Source of the DNA: Trypethelium eluteriae
Taxonomy: Eukaryota
Assembly: GCA_051942245.1 (NCBI GenBank)
Contig: JAVECL010000062.1
Coordinates: 45,345-65,344 of the forward strand
Length of the DNA stretch: 20,000 bases
Direction of reading: 5' to 3'
The notes beneath the pieces are model-generated. The model did no database searches. It had not been told where the DNA came from and saw only the letters and a list, made by a program, of their open reading frames with translations. Of this stretch, positions 1 through 12,380 are shown in pieces. Numbering within the stretch: position 1 is the first letter of the stretch; each line of letters starts with the position of its first letter. Both the position numbers and the translations under genes were made by a program.

Positions 1-407
1 GGTTCCTACCCAATACAGAAGCCGAAACGGAAAGAGGTCACCTTTAAAAGGACTCCAAGACCGCCTCCGTATTCTCTGCAACATACGATCCCCAGCTGTT
101 CCAAAATCAATTGCCGATAAAACGCATAAGCCTCTCTAGATATCCAATTGTCATCCTCTTGGCTGGTAAGTATCTTATGGTTGTTCACCAGGATTCCACT
201 GTCATCTTTCTTACCAAGCCGACACAGTTATCATGGCGCGAGCATTCAAGTCGGCGCTTCAAGCTCTCGGATCTTGGGTCCTTTCAACAAAATCGCGTAT
301 GGAGAAGATGGCAAATGGGCAAGGAACACCAGGAACGAGAGCTGCCCCAACTCAGTTCGGCAATAACGATCGGAAAATCGGTTCGCGCTTAGACAATGGC
401 GAAACTA

Positions 408-588
408 CCTTGCGGCGGCTGGGGGGTGCCTCAACTGGTAATTAATAAAATGTTATTTCGACTTTACTGTTATGACCTTGTTGGTCCCTGTTAACACCGC
501 CTTAACATAGGTCAACATGGTCACAACAGTTATACTGAGGTAATATTGTATTAATTACCAGTTGAGGAACCCCCCAGCCGCCGTAAGG
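408..588. mobile_element. MITE-like foldback element, copy 1 (181 bp, TA flanks at 406-407 and 589-590)
   Basis: The left end CCTTGCGGCGGCTGGGGGGTGCCTCAACTGGTAATTAATA... is the near-perfect reverse complement of the right end ...TATTAATTACCAGTTGAGGAACCCCCCAGCCGCCGTAAGG, and the arms pair over ~75 bp. TA lies on both sides. Related copies occur at 12381 and 17004. Confidence 0.88.
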
Positions 589-730
589 TACCATACAATC
601 ATCGCTCGAAGAGCCGTTCACCTCTGCAAAATGCCGGGGAATTATAGCGTTAGAACCTCGAATGGTAGTACTTTGGATGGCTTGTCCGATTTGTATAGAC
701 TTTATATGTACAAGTATACGATGTTTCCCA

Positions 731-1532
731 TTACTTGGTCCGAATGTTTTTCAACTTCTTTGGACTGTGTACAAATTGATTCGCATATGCCTTCGGAATA
801 ATTCTCCGTTCGTTGGGTTCCTGCACGTAGTATTCATAGCCTTGCTTTTCTGCAAAATTGATGGCGTCTTCTTTGCTCTTGAAATTAAGATGTGTGCCCT
901 GCATCGCATCCGCAGAAGATTGCCACCCCATGAGTGGATTCTCCCATCGGTGTCCTTTGCCAAGAACATCCCAATCCATACGCCAGTGGTGAGAGTGCCA
1001 ATCTCCTGATTGAGTAGCAGTCTTGGTAGGCTTGAAGATTCTAGAGAACGCAAGGTGAGCATAAGCCTTGTGTTGAGGCATGAGCTAAGTAGGATACTCA
1101 CCTGACAGTCCGCGCTTGGAGATCTGTTGGAGCACCAGAGAGCACAGCGGCAGGTACAACATCTCCAGGTTCACTGCCGTCCATAACCCTCATTGGAATT
1201 GGCGAAAATGCTCTACACTGATTTAGCCTCGCTCTTGCCGGTTGCCTTAATTATTTTGCGTCATACGATGTCCTGTAATCCACCGCAACATTGTAGTCTG
1301 GAGTATGCCGTGGTTCGCCTTCTGAAGCACCTTGCTGTCTTATCATCGCAGACTCTCCAGCCTTTACAGCTGGAGCATCCTCTGAACTAGCTTTCGGTGG
1401 AGGTTGAACAGCCGGATCTCCTTCCGCTCTTTGGAGTGTTGTAGTCGAGAATGACCGGTGGCAGTTGACGGGAGTGTAGAGCTTGTTGGCTCTAAGGCCC
1501 CGAAGGACGATGGACCGAGGAATGCTTTGCAT
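731..1532 (-). CDS. NDUFS4: NADH:ubiquinone oxidoreductase 21 kDa / NDUFS4 subunit, mitochondrial; exons 1532-1267, 1212-1102, 1040-731
   Basis: The spliced translation gives a mitochondrial-targeting-like N-terminus, then LSGAPTDLQARTVRIFKPTKTATQSG...RWENPLMGWQSSAD...LNFKSKEDAINFAEKQGYEY...KAYANQF, the typical NDUFS4 motifs. Introns GTATGA..TAG and GTGAGT..TAG keep the frame. Confidence 0.96.
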
Positions 1533-1793
1533 GCTTTTTGTGGAGAATACAGTTTGCGATTCGTGATACGGATGAGGTTGATTTCAATGGCTTGCTTCAT
1601 GAAGTGGTCTGTGCACCCTGCCTCAAGAGTGCCATCACTTCGCCAGTTGTAGTCTTCTGAGACTGCCCGCTCAACACAACACCAACATTGAAACGGACTT
1701 TCGGCTGATACCAGTATGTTTGGACCTGCTGACCCTGACTCTTCGCCGAGCTAGAGATAGGAGGAAATTCTGACAATGCCAATAGCGTCCAAG
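1533..1793. promoter_or_regulatory. Probable bidirectional promoter between NDUFS4 and ATP17
   Basis: Only 261 bp separate the two divergent start codons (1532 on -, 1794 on +). No specific binding site was identified. Confidence 0.55.
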
Positions 1794-2448
1794 ATGAGTT
1801 ACATTGCCCGCCGGGCTCTCTCAACCCTTATTCCACCAAAGGTTCGTACATTGGCCTGCCCTGCTATTTTTCGGCAATTTCGCTGACTGAGACTAGATCG
1901 CTTCTCCTTCCGTAAGTTCCACGAGATCCCCCGGACGCTGTGGCTTCACGGCCTTTTCTCTCTCACCTCTCCCCTACCTTCCAGCTCTGGCTGTGATAGT
2001 GAATGACCGAAAGCGGATACCCATATATACCTGCAGGATCGGCGTAACCAATATTGTATACTGACTTCACTTTGTCAAGGCTATCGGAGGTGCTCAAGAT
2101 GCTGTCCGCATGCAACGCGTTGTAAATTTCTATGAGAAACTTCCTCGTGGACCCGCACCAAAACGCCAACCAAAGGGTCCGTTGGAATGGTATCAGCATC
2201 GGTATATGGGAGAGAATCCATCGGCAATGCGTAAGTCTTGGAACAGGACGCAAATACTGGCGTTTCGGTACTCGGCGTTGTGCAGCTACTGATTTAACAC
2301 AGCTCTCCTCCACCTCATTGGTGGCATCATACTGCTCGGATACTCATTCAACTACTATTTCCACCTACGTGCGTGAAATTTATCTGTCTAACTGTCTGGC
2401 GTGTTTACTGACGGTAATATAGGACACCACAAGAACAATGCACACTAG
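1794..2448 (+). CDS. ATP17: Mitochondrial F1Fo ATP synthase subunit f; exons 1794-1841, 1897-1911, 2080-2230, 2303-2368, 2423-2448
   Basis: The spliced translation is [48 protein letters not shown]...YQHRYMGENPSAMPLLHLIGGIILLGYSFNYYFHLRHHKNNAH*, the canonical fungal Atp17. All four introns have GT donors and CTGAC/CTGAT-like branch sites; intron 2 ends in AAG. Confidence 0.96.
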
Positions 2449-3308
2449 AGTCGTGTGCTGAGTGATCTTCAGGCGTGTGGCTCTGGGTAGGACAGATACG
2501 TTGTAAATAGATCCAAGCAAGTCTTTGTTCGAGCCTTCTCTTGATGTTCGTCAAGACGATAGCAATTCAATGCCGCTGTGCCCCACTGTTTCTGGTCATG
2601 ATTGTGACGTGCTCGGGTGATCGCATGCTCCCAAATCGATTCTCCATATCTCAGCGACTCAAATCAGGATGTTGGTGTAGTTGCGAGAATCCATGCCGAT
2701 TGTGCTATTTGAGGCAGATCCTAGTCACACGCGCAAAAGACATAGCTGCTGTTATTAATATGTAGGTATCTACTTTATGGTGGCGATCGGGACCGCTCAG
2801 GTCATGAATTTGTAGTACTACCTACTCCGGACAGCTCCCTCGGGTCTTGGCGCTCTCCCGAAACGTCCAAGAGTCAACCGCACCCCGTCTCCTTTCACTA
2901 CTTCTCTTCCCTCTTATCCACAGACCGCGCGTGGTCGAAATTCTTTTACCTCTTGCAGTTGCTTGAGGTCTACTCAGGCATCCCACCTTGATTCTTTGCT
3001 TGGCTATCACACTTCGCGAGCCGCGCTTGCCTGAGTCACGACCGGCCCGCCACGTAAACTGACGTATTGAAGCGATTTCCTCGCGCAACGAGGCCGACAC
3101 CGCACTCTCAGACCGTGGCGCCTTCAAAACTTTGACACTAGGTACTGTGATTTCTCAACTTTACATCCACATAACAGCAAGCATCTGCACGGCTTCGTCC
3201 GGAGCCTGGCAGCTAGCCTACATGTCTACTCCACCCAAATCACCAACTGATAAAGATCTTCTTTCTGACCGCGATTCTGGTATCGTCATAATAGCTCCGG
3301 AATTTGTT

Positions 3309-6300
3309 ATGGCACAGCAGATAAACCACGATGTGGTAGACCAATCTCAGTCGATGGGCGATTCCTCGCTCGTCGACGTTAATGCGAACCAAACTATCTC
3401 CAGCATCGCCGGCCACGGCAACCCCAGCCTCGACACTCAAACCTCCGGAACAAGTGAGTCATCGGACTCTCAAGTCAATATCGTACCTTCGGAAAGCCTG
3501 CATGGACCCTCGACTGAGCCCCGTCTCAACGGAATAGTACCTCACAAAATTCGGCGCATGGAAGCTGTAAGAATGAGATCGCTTTGGCATGGATATGAAT
3601 GAAGCTCATTGTCTATAGGACAATATTCCACAGCCTGACATTCCTAACGCTGGCCAAACCAACATTACCAAGCCCATCGAGCAAAACATTCTGGCAAACG
3701 GTGATACTGGGGAAGCTTTGAACGTCGATGAGGTAGCTGCGCATCCAAATGCGCTGGATGCAAGTGGCGGATCTGACACAGACACGAGCAAGGCAGATAG
3801 CACTGAGCAAAGGGAGCAGGGCGCTTTAGGGCATGTTCGATCGAACTCGGTCAAGAAGCCTCTGTCGTTCAAGACAGTGTCAGTCACGAAGAATTTCCTT
3901 GCAAAATCTGCCGTAGTTGGGCAAGCAGCTAAGACTGGCGGAGATAAATGTAAGTACACGGGGAAAATTGCATTTGGATCTGATTAACAGGATGTAGCTT
4001 CACAAGTTGGGGCTCTAAGTGAGTCTAGACAGCAAACGCCGAGGCCGCGGCTGGTCGCCAAGTCTGGAGGCGGGCTTCGAGATTCGTTACCCAAGACCAA
4101 TAAAACCAATGGCAAGGGTCCTGACCCTGCTCAGGTGTGGAACAAGAATAGGCGTATGTCTACCTCCTTCTCGTCAGCAAACAATCGCGTAACAGGACCT
4201 AATGATGTATCAGCCACCCCACCACCCGCCCCCAAACAATTCACCGACGAGGAGCTGAAGCAGCAGTACGGTATCCATATGGCTACGCGATTGCAGGCAG
4301 ACGAGAATAGCAAGGAATCGAAATGGGCGGACATTGACGACGATGAAGATGATTGGGCGCCTGAAACGGTTGAGTGGATTGATGGAACTAAGTCGATGCT
4401 AGTACCGGCTGAAAACCAAGCGACACCTGCTGAAGAATCCACACCGGTTGCAGCGCTACAAGAACCTACTAAGGAGCCATCAAAGCCTACAGATGCCTCG
4501 GCGCAGCGCTCTTCCTTGACTGGCACGGCAAAGACAATTTTGAAGCCAGGTGGAGGAAATCAACAAAAAGCAGGTTTAGTGCTGAAGGGCATACCAGAAG
4601 CGAAACCATCATTAGTTGCTAAACCGACAGCGAGTGCTCCTCAGAAGTCACCGTGGGCGCAGCTCCCACCGATTGACAAAGTATCTCCCGTACAAATAAA
4701 TCCACAACCTCCTCCACAGCCCCAGCCATCGCGATTTCAACAGACGAATCCGCATGGTTTTGAGTCAATACCACTGCAGCCTTCTCCTGCTCGAGAAATC
4801 GCCGCAGATGACTTTGATAGATCCTGGCGTGAGAACGAACGTGGGCATAGAGAACTTTATGACTCCAAATCTGGCAAGTACGAACCAGTGCCAGAAGGAC
4901 GGCGGGGGTCAATTAGGCATGAACAAGGCTTTCGGCAGCCAGCAGTCCTGCAAAGACCTTCACAACCAGGCAATGCATCACCGGCGGAACCCTCACCCGC
5001 ATTCCAAACTTCACGCTCAAGTGCGCAAGTTGATGGTATGACTTGGGGGCGGCGCCGAACCTCTTCAACAGTGAGCGGCGGTAGCGGACAAATTGGCCGG
5101 CGCATGTCCATGAGCCGGCCACAGGATTTCCCACCTGCTATTGATGATGCGCGACAATCACCGTCAGTGAATGGGATAGAAAATGCGGTGGCTGGGCGAC
5201 AAAGGATGGGTGGCGGTCAATGGACGCAACACTCATCACCGGCTATTGAGAAGGCCCCACTATCGTCGCCATCGGTGTCAATTGCATCACCAGAAGAAGA
5301 GAAGACGTCACAAGCAGCAATGCCAGTGAGTCCGCCTGGTGAAAACATGGCCGAGTTGCAAAAGCGGGTGATGCGTGAGAAGAGGGAGTTGGCCAGGAAA
5401 CGTAGAGAGGAAGAAGAGGCGAAATTAGAGGCAGAGAAACGAGAACGATTGCAACGAAAGCTTGAATCACTCGGCCCCGCGCCTGAGAAGAAGAGGTCCC
5501 AGGAGCAAGCGCAAGACAAGCCGCAGCAACCGAGTGTTGGAGCATCTGAAACAGCTATTGTGACCCAGCCTGACAGAACCACAATAGCAACGACCTCGAC
5601 AATAGCACCCTCGCCACGCAAACCCCCTCTACCAGCCTCCTCTGGGGAGATCACACAGTACGGGTCCATGAAAGTGCACCCGCCCCAGCCCCTTATAAAT
5701 AGGACTACTTCCCGCGACGAGAGACTTCCTCCTAAACCTTCTCCCGATCATACTTCGCAACCGCAACTTCCACCTTCTAGTCAGCAACTCCTACCTTCTT
5801 CTCAATTACTTTCACCCTCAACACCATTACCGCCACAACCGGCGTCTACTTCATCAAGCAACTTTTCAGAAATCAATCTGCATCCACCTCCTGTGCCAGA
5901 CTCGAGCAGAAGACCTCAATTTGTCGACTTCGATAAGTCGCGCTTCGCTCAGCCATCACCTAGGGAACGCCATCAAGTTTCCTGGAGCCCAGCTCAATCA
6001 ACTCGTGCAAGTCACAGTGTTTGGTCTCCCAGCAACATGCCTACTGTTGCACCTCGCGCCGAAGTCTGGGGAGCCCCGACCCAAGGTCGCGCCCTTGGTA
6101 ACGGCACCTTCGACAATGGTTTTCAGAACAACCACGCCCGTCCTTTCACCCAATATCCAGCTACCAATCAGCAACATGGTCCCGGCCCAATTGGCCCACC
6201 CAATCGAGCCTCCCCACCCGCTTCGGGTATGCCTGCAAGCCAAGTTTTTGAACAGCAGCCCAATACTCTTCACCGTGTTCCTCAGTCCAACAGCATCGCT

Positions 6301-7854
6301 CAAAGCAACGGCGCCATGAGTCAGCCAGCCTCAGTCTCCACTCCTGGTCCGATCGCACCTCCTAAAGTCCAATCCTCGATTACCGACGATGATGACGACT
6401 TTCAGGAATTGCCACCTGAAGTCGTGGAGAATATGTACTTTCTGGACAGAGAGAAATACGAGGACAAAGTCAAACGCCGCAAGTGGCTCGAGATGAGGAA
6501 GAATGGAACTCTGCCCGGACGTCCAGCGATCAAAGAGACTTTCGTCCAGCGCAGCTCTGGAAAAAAGAGTACGACTATTGATCATGCAAGGTCTCAAGGT
6601 GGAGCACCTGCGTCAGCCAAGTCTGATGAAGCGACTGCAGCACCTGCGCCAGTCAAGTCCAACAAACCGACTGTAGCAGCTCAGCAGAAAGGACTGCGCA
6701 TGGAACGTGAGGCCAGCCCTCCACCTGAGGTCTCTACAGCACCACCTGCTTTCACTGGCCAGCTGCCAAAGCCTCTTCCGGGTTTGGGACCGAAAGTCAG
6801 TATGCCATCGACCTCGCCCACTTTCGCTGCCGAGCAGGCAATTCAGCAAATGCCCCAACAGCTTATTGGCAATACTCGCATGTCACGCTTCTTTCCTTCC
6901 ATGGTTCTCGATGATGCTCCGGCACCAGATTCTATTGATCATCCGGCATACGACGGCGACATCAAGAAGCCGCGCGTCAACCTTCCCAAGACCATCGTAG
7001 TCAAGTTGCCACCTACGAAAGCACCAGAGCCCGCCCCAACCAAAGAGCAGGCAGCCCCAGCTGTCCAGATGCCGGTACATATGCCGCCAGCAGGAGCAGT
7101 TGCACTCGTCGATACCACTGATTGGCAAGACCGTATCAACAAGCTTTGCGGAAACAAGCAGACTACAACTACTTCACCTCAGCCTGCGAATACCTCATCG
7201 GCCCAGCCTGTGGCTCTTCCGTCAGCTCGGCCTGCGGTTACTCCGTCAGCTCAGCGCGCTTCTGTGGTAGCTCCCGATGCTTCCACCAAAGAACCACTCA
7301 GTCAGATGAACCAGCAACGCGCTGTCTCAGTCTCTCTTCCGGGCGTCGAGCCTGTCAGCTCTACTGTCAATGACAAATCGGCCGTGACTTCGAAGTCCCC
7401 TGTGGACAATCTCATGGAAGAGCGTGAATTTGGATCCTTGCCGACCGTCCAGATTCCCAAAACGACAGGCGCAGTTCAGGTTGAAGACCCGAAGCCGATG
7501 AACCTACTCAGCCTCTGGCGCAACACCAAAGTCAATCAGCCACGTGCCGTCGATCCCGAGAGCGTCGGTATGCAAATTCTCCATGCTGTTGAAAAACAAA
7601 TTTATGATGCAAAGCTTGGCTTGGTCCTGTACGTTAAGCTGCCTGGCGATGAGAAGAGTACTCCCGTGCTTTGGCGCGACGGCACGCTTAAGCGAGTCGA
7701 GAAGCCGGAAGATCTCAAGCCTACAACCCTCGTGTATGGAAAACCAAAGGTAGCTCCTCGAGGTGCTGGTGGTGCCAAGGGTTCATCAAAGACCCCGACT
7801 GCACAGAGGAAATCCCAGTGGGCCAGACCACCAAAGGCTACTCCACGCAATTAG
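3309..7854 (+). CDS. Large Pro/Ser/Gln-rich, mostly disordered fungal protein, possibly PRRC2/BAT2-like; exons approx. 3309-3566, 3619-3949, 3998-4153, 4214-7854
   Basis: A 1239-codon ORF is joined in frame to upstream exons by introns GTAAGA..TAG, GTAAGT..TAG and GTATGT..CAG. Conserved-looking blocks are FKTVSVTKNFLAKS, PRLVAKSG, QVWNKNR, FTDEELKQQYGIHMATRL and KWADIDDDEDDWAPETVEW, plus a coiled coil ARKRREEEEAKLEAEKRERLQRKLESL. The family assignment is inference. Confidence 0.85.
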
Positions 7855-9565
7855 ACGACCACATAACGACAATGTGCAATCGACAAGGCTTTCAGCAAAG
7901 TGCCCATCATCAACATCATCACTCTGAGTAGCCATGACAATGGAAGCTGAACTGTCTTTTTTTCTTTATCGACACTGCATTGTACGATTTGCTATTCTCT
8001 CTTCACTGGATTTTCGATATTGCAGACACATGCACAACACCATCGAGCGACGATGACCGGTTTCACCTTATTCACCTATTGCTTGCACTGGTTTCCTGAC
8101 AAGTACACACAATTACATGGGCGTTGAGTAGCTCAACGGTCGACACTGATTTTTCCTCCTCTTTTCATTGGCAAATCGCCAAGCGCTCACGCGCACAAAC
8201 ACAAGGATCACAAATCAAATTCTTTTCAGAACGCACTCTTGGCGCTCTTGTCGGATAACATCTCCTACTACACGAACACTCATATGCAGGCTGCGCGAAG
8301 GTTGCACTGGCGCCTTCGTCGAATTCGCAGCCATATCGACTACCCCTCTTGGACGGCACTGCTTGAGGCCATTCACTAATGGCATGGTCTGATCATTGAA
8401 CGAGCAACCATCGAGATGGCTGCTGTTCCGATGATGTAGCTGGTACCAGATATCGGAAGGATGCTGGAGGACGGTGATGTCTTTGGGACTACTGGTTCAC
8501 TTGCTTTACATGAACTCTCTGTGCTCTGATAATTAGGTACTACAATGATACTGAAACTTGCTCGCTTCCTTCCCTTGTCAGTGAGACCTTATGCAAAAGA
8601 CTTTTATCGCCTTTTCCAGAGTTGTCTGGCTTGCTCGACTGGTACGGTGGCTACGATGGCACGTGATCAAAATGATCCTAGACCGTCCCGTCAGAAAATG
8701 ATCTACAACTCTCAGAGAGTGCGGAAACTTGTTATTTCCTAGAATCTCAGCCTGTACCTTATTGCAATCTACTTCGCTCGTGCATGCTGTGTATCGAGCT
8801 TGACGATATTGCGACCTTTTTCGACTGGCACGTCTTCATAATCAACATGTATGTATATTTACAGCGCGCAAACTCAACGAATAATGCCTGCTCAAGACTC
8901 GAGTCCTACTAAATTATGATGAGCATGACAGCTACTGGCTCAAGCTTCACCCAGCTACAACTTAGGTTCTTTGACCACGGCTTAGAATGCTCATGGAGAA
9001 GCTTAGGCTACTTGCATGGTTGGCTATCCTTATTTCGAATGCTTCTGGTAGCCCGTGCTCAGCAGAATGCGGTACTTAGATTACGGAGTGCATTTAGGTA
9101 CCGATTTCTTCTCTGCTCGTGAGCTGAAATCCACAAATATAGCTGACACTGCATATATCAGGCTAGTGAAGTGCCAATTACAGTGATTGGTTGATTGGTG
9201 GGCTCGTTAAAAAATCTTGGAATTTACGTAGGCTCTCCACATTTCATGGGCAATCTCATTCTCCTTTTGACCTACGACTCAGCTCTACCACCAAATCGAT
9301 TTTCGTTACGCATATGAGCCGCCCGAGGTAGAAGAATTTACAAGATTCTCAACACTACTTTGAGAAGTAGCGATGTCGCGTTGTTCTCCACTTCCATGTT
9401 CTGCAACCCGACGTGCAGCTCTCTCAGCCAAGTACAGGGAGGCTCGGGCAGTGGACTTTGCGAGCTTTGCAATCACTTCTCCGTTTGGCGGCTGACTTTT
9501 AAGAAGAGGCCTGCCTCTTTCCGCCTCATCATTAACCAAGAGATTTTGACTGTTCTAGTAAACGG

Positions 9566-12196
9566 ATGGAACCACTCACAATCCTTGAGGGAGTCTCATC
9601 GTCAGTGGGCCTTCTTGGTACAGCCCTACAGTCCACCATCAGGCTGTATCAACTCTTCGATAACGTGCAAGGCGCACCCCAGGAAGTTCAACAATATGTC
9701 ACAAGTAAATGTTCCTCGTCTAAATCTTAGATCGTTGAAATGCTCACGTTCTGGCAGTCCTTAACAATCTAATATCGATCCTGCACTATCTGCATTTTAC
9801 CCTCGTAATCGATGGTCAGGCTGATCAACACCATGATGCACACGGAGATCTGCTCCTTCTCGCCTCGTCTCTGCGAGGCCTTCGCACTGATCTCGATCAG
9901 ATCAGAGCAATCCTCCCTCTAGACACAAAAACTCGTTTGTGATCAAGGGTCAAATGGACATTGGATCAGAAGACTGTACGCAGTCTTATGAGGAAGGTCG
10001 AGAGCTGGAAAGAAAGCCTACAGACTGCAATGTTTGTAGTCATGCTGTATGTTTTTCAAAGATTCTCACTGGTATGGCTGACATGTGATCGTGCCTAGTC
10101 GCCGTCAGCACGTGCAAGGGAGACAATTAGAAGCTTTGGGAATTGACTCTTCACAAATTCAATCCATCACTAACGAAGGAAGTATCAATCGACTTCCGGT
10201 ACCCCCCATCCAACCAACGAGCCTCGCATCAAGATCTGAGGCTATCGGCACCGAACCATCGAACCTGCTAAGTTCCCAGCTGCCGGCATCTGCATTCGCT
10301 GACGCTCACCAAAGTTCGAGCCAGGGTCTTTCCGGAGCTGCGGTCTCAGAGAATCAACAACTCTCCTCAAAACTCGACAAAATCTTGGAGCTTGTCGGTT
10401 GGACAGCAACGACATCAGCAGCGACTTCTTCCCGCGTTACTCTCAACGACCACTCCGAGCGGAAAATTTCACACGTCATTAGGTGGGAGCTTCAACGCTT
10501 GCTACATCCTGTCACGGAAGCAATCACGGAATCTCAAGATCGTCGTGAACGGCTCAATTTACAGTTGCAGAGTATTGTAGATCACCTCAGTGCGGGACTT
10601 GTACAATATCCAGGCTTTCTTGAAGCGTCCGACAGCAGACTTACTCCGAAATATTCCGGTCCGGCTGGTCTGAAGCCTGTTGATAGGTGCATTCACCTTG
10701 AAGCGACCCCCAACGATTACTCGACAACAGATCCGCAACATCTGCCACTCTCAGATGCCAATAACTCTGACATCGTTGCATCACACTGGCCCGCATCTAG
10801 AATTGAAACAGAGTCCATTTGGATGTACCATCGAAAGTGGCCTTGGCTGGGAAAGATCCTTGTAAAGCTTGAGACATGCATCAGATATGTCGGAAAGCGG
10901 CACACAAGACACAAGGTCGTGTCGATTGACTTCTGGCCTTCATGTCCATTGCTACGTAGGAATTGCGTCTCCCTGCTCTACTCGACTTTGCATGTCGCTG
11001 AGGGATACTATCAGCTCTGTCCTTTCGTTACGACGTACCCAATCATCTCAGACAACGCTGAAGTTTGGGATTGCATTCGGGACAATAATGTCGAAGGCCT
11101 TCGCTCTCTCCTAGACAATGGTCTAGCAGGTCCAAATGATCAAGGTCCAAGGGGGGAATACACTTTTACACGTGAGCCATCTGTCTTATCCGACTCTAAC
11201 TCCAGTGGGCTGATTGGAAGGCCAGGCTGCAGCATTTTTATGCCGTCCAGAAATTTGTCATATTCTCATCAACAGTGGTGCGAACACCTCAAGAACGAAT
11301 GAGTAAGTATTCTGAGATATATCGAGGAAATTGCCCACTGATGTAATAGCGCCGGCGTTTCCATCATAGACCATTGGGTTGGGTTCCCATACCTCTATGC
11401 TCATTTCCGTTCGGATTCTGACGATTCCCCCGTGGTCAATATCGACCAGGCATCAAATCTGCTTAAGACACTCCTACCGGCCGGCGCAAGCTCCAGTGAC
11501 ACGAGTCTACTTGATTTTTACTCAGCTTACTACATGGATAGCGTGTACAATGATGTATGGTCAACTCACTCGGAGCTCATGATAGAATGGTTCGGCACGT
11601 TGCACCGAAATGCGTTCCCATTTCCGGATCATATTAACCCGAACGATGCGCTGAGAAAGTTTTCTCACAGACCACACTTAGTACGACTTCTTGCTGTTGT
11701 TGGATTCGCTCCAAATCGCATTTATTCTAGCATATACTCTTGGGAGTCACCTCTTCTAGCACTTTTGCGCGGCATATTTCTGTATCATGATGACGCGGTC
11801 GAGGAACTTTCCAAGCTGGAGTATTGCATCGATAACTTAACGACACTGATACAGCTGGGAGCGGATATTCATCATATTTTTATACCACCCAGGTGGATGT
11901 TCGATAAATCCATGTTTGAAGGACCGTTCTTTATCACTCACGTTACAACGCCAGCAATCTATGCGATAACTCATGGGATTGACGAAGTATTTGAAACAGC
12001 ACTCCGAAGGTGCGGCAACAACCCTGCAGACGTCTATGCCGAGGATGGGCGCCGCTGTCGCGAGTTTCTGCGTCTACAGGGTGCCAAGTCTAGCGCAGTG
12101 CAGATTGAAGAGGATATCGGTGGCCAACGGTCTGGTCAATTGAGGGTGCGCAAGCCCTATGCAGATGACAGTCAGAAGTCTCAAGAGATCGGATGA
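9566..12196 (+). pseudogene. HeLo-like (fungal N-terminal helical domain) plus ankyrin-repeat gene with a nonsense codon and a frameshift; exons approx. 9566-9704, 9758-10046, 10099-11171, 11226-11302, 11350-12196
   Basis: Exons 1-2 read MEPLTILEGVSSSVGLLGTALQSTIRLYQLFDNVQGAPQEV...TRL*SRVKWTLDQKTVRSLMRKVESWKESLQTAM, a typical HeLo-like N-domain pattern, with an in-frame TGA at 9940-9942. Removing one G from the G6 run at 11151-11156 restores the ankyrin GNTLLH|AAAFLCRPEICHILINSGAN. Four canonical introns are phase-consistent. Confidence 0.75.
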
Positions 12197-12380
12197 TGAG
12201 TAGGAATTCAGTTTCGATCAAATTGATCATGGTCTATTTAAGGCTTCAGTGGGAGAGCGCCCGAGACTGCAAGACACTTAGATCGACTTCCAATATTCCA
12301 TGGCAAATCACAGCTCAAATCCGTTATCTTCTCGCCAGTCAACTTCATTGGTGGGACAGACGGGGGTGGGCATATGCATA

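Noticed and set aside
1..400. Short overlapping ORFs and a GTAAGT..CAG intron-like segment at the window start
   Set aside because: No coherent gene model or recognisable protein; it may be the edge of a gene or remnant outside the window.
408..588. Repeated palindromes as a CRISPR array or bacterial REP/terminator
   Set aside because: The context is eukaryotic, and the copies are dispersed with long TIRs and TA flanks rather than repeat-spacer units.
1779..1783. CCAAT box (Hap complex site) in the NDUFS4/ATP17 intergenic region
   Set aside because: It is only ~10 nt from the ATP17 ATG, probably within the 5' UTR, and a single 5-mer is expected by chance.
4131..7850. Numerous antisense and alternate-frame ORFs inside the large gene, also 14692-15183, 16272-16598 and 19278-19700
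   Set aside because: Shadow ORFs of real coding sequence with no independent protein signatures.
8119..8170. tRNA/Pol III A-box-like TAGCTCAACGG within a small palindrome (GTTGAGTAGCTCAAC)
   Set aside because: No B-box (GTTCRA), no cloverleaf and no acceptor-stem partner downstream.
9940..9942. RIP as the cause of the nonsense codon
   Set aside because: TGG>TGA here is a C>T change in CpC context on the minus strand, not canonical CpA, and the region is not visibly AT-enriched.
9566..12196. The HeLo-like/ankyrin gene as the missing NLR partner of the HET-S-like gene
   Set aside because: No Walker A/NACHT/NB-ARC motif and no N-terminal amyloid repeat is visible; the matching R0 lies in the 15528-14662 gene instead.
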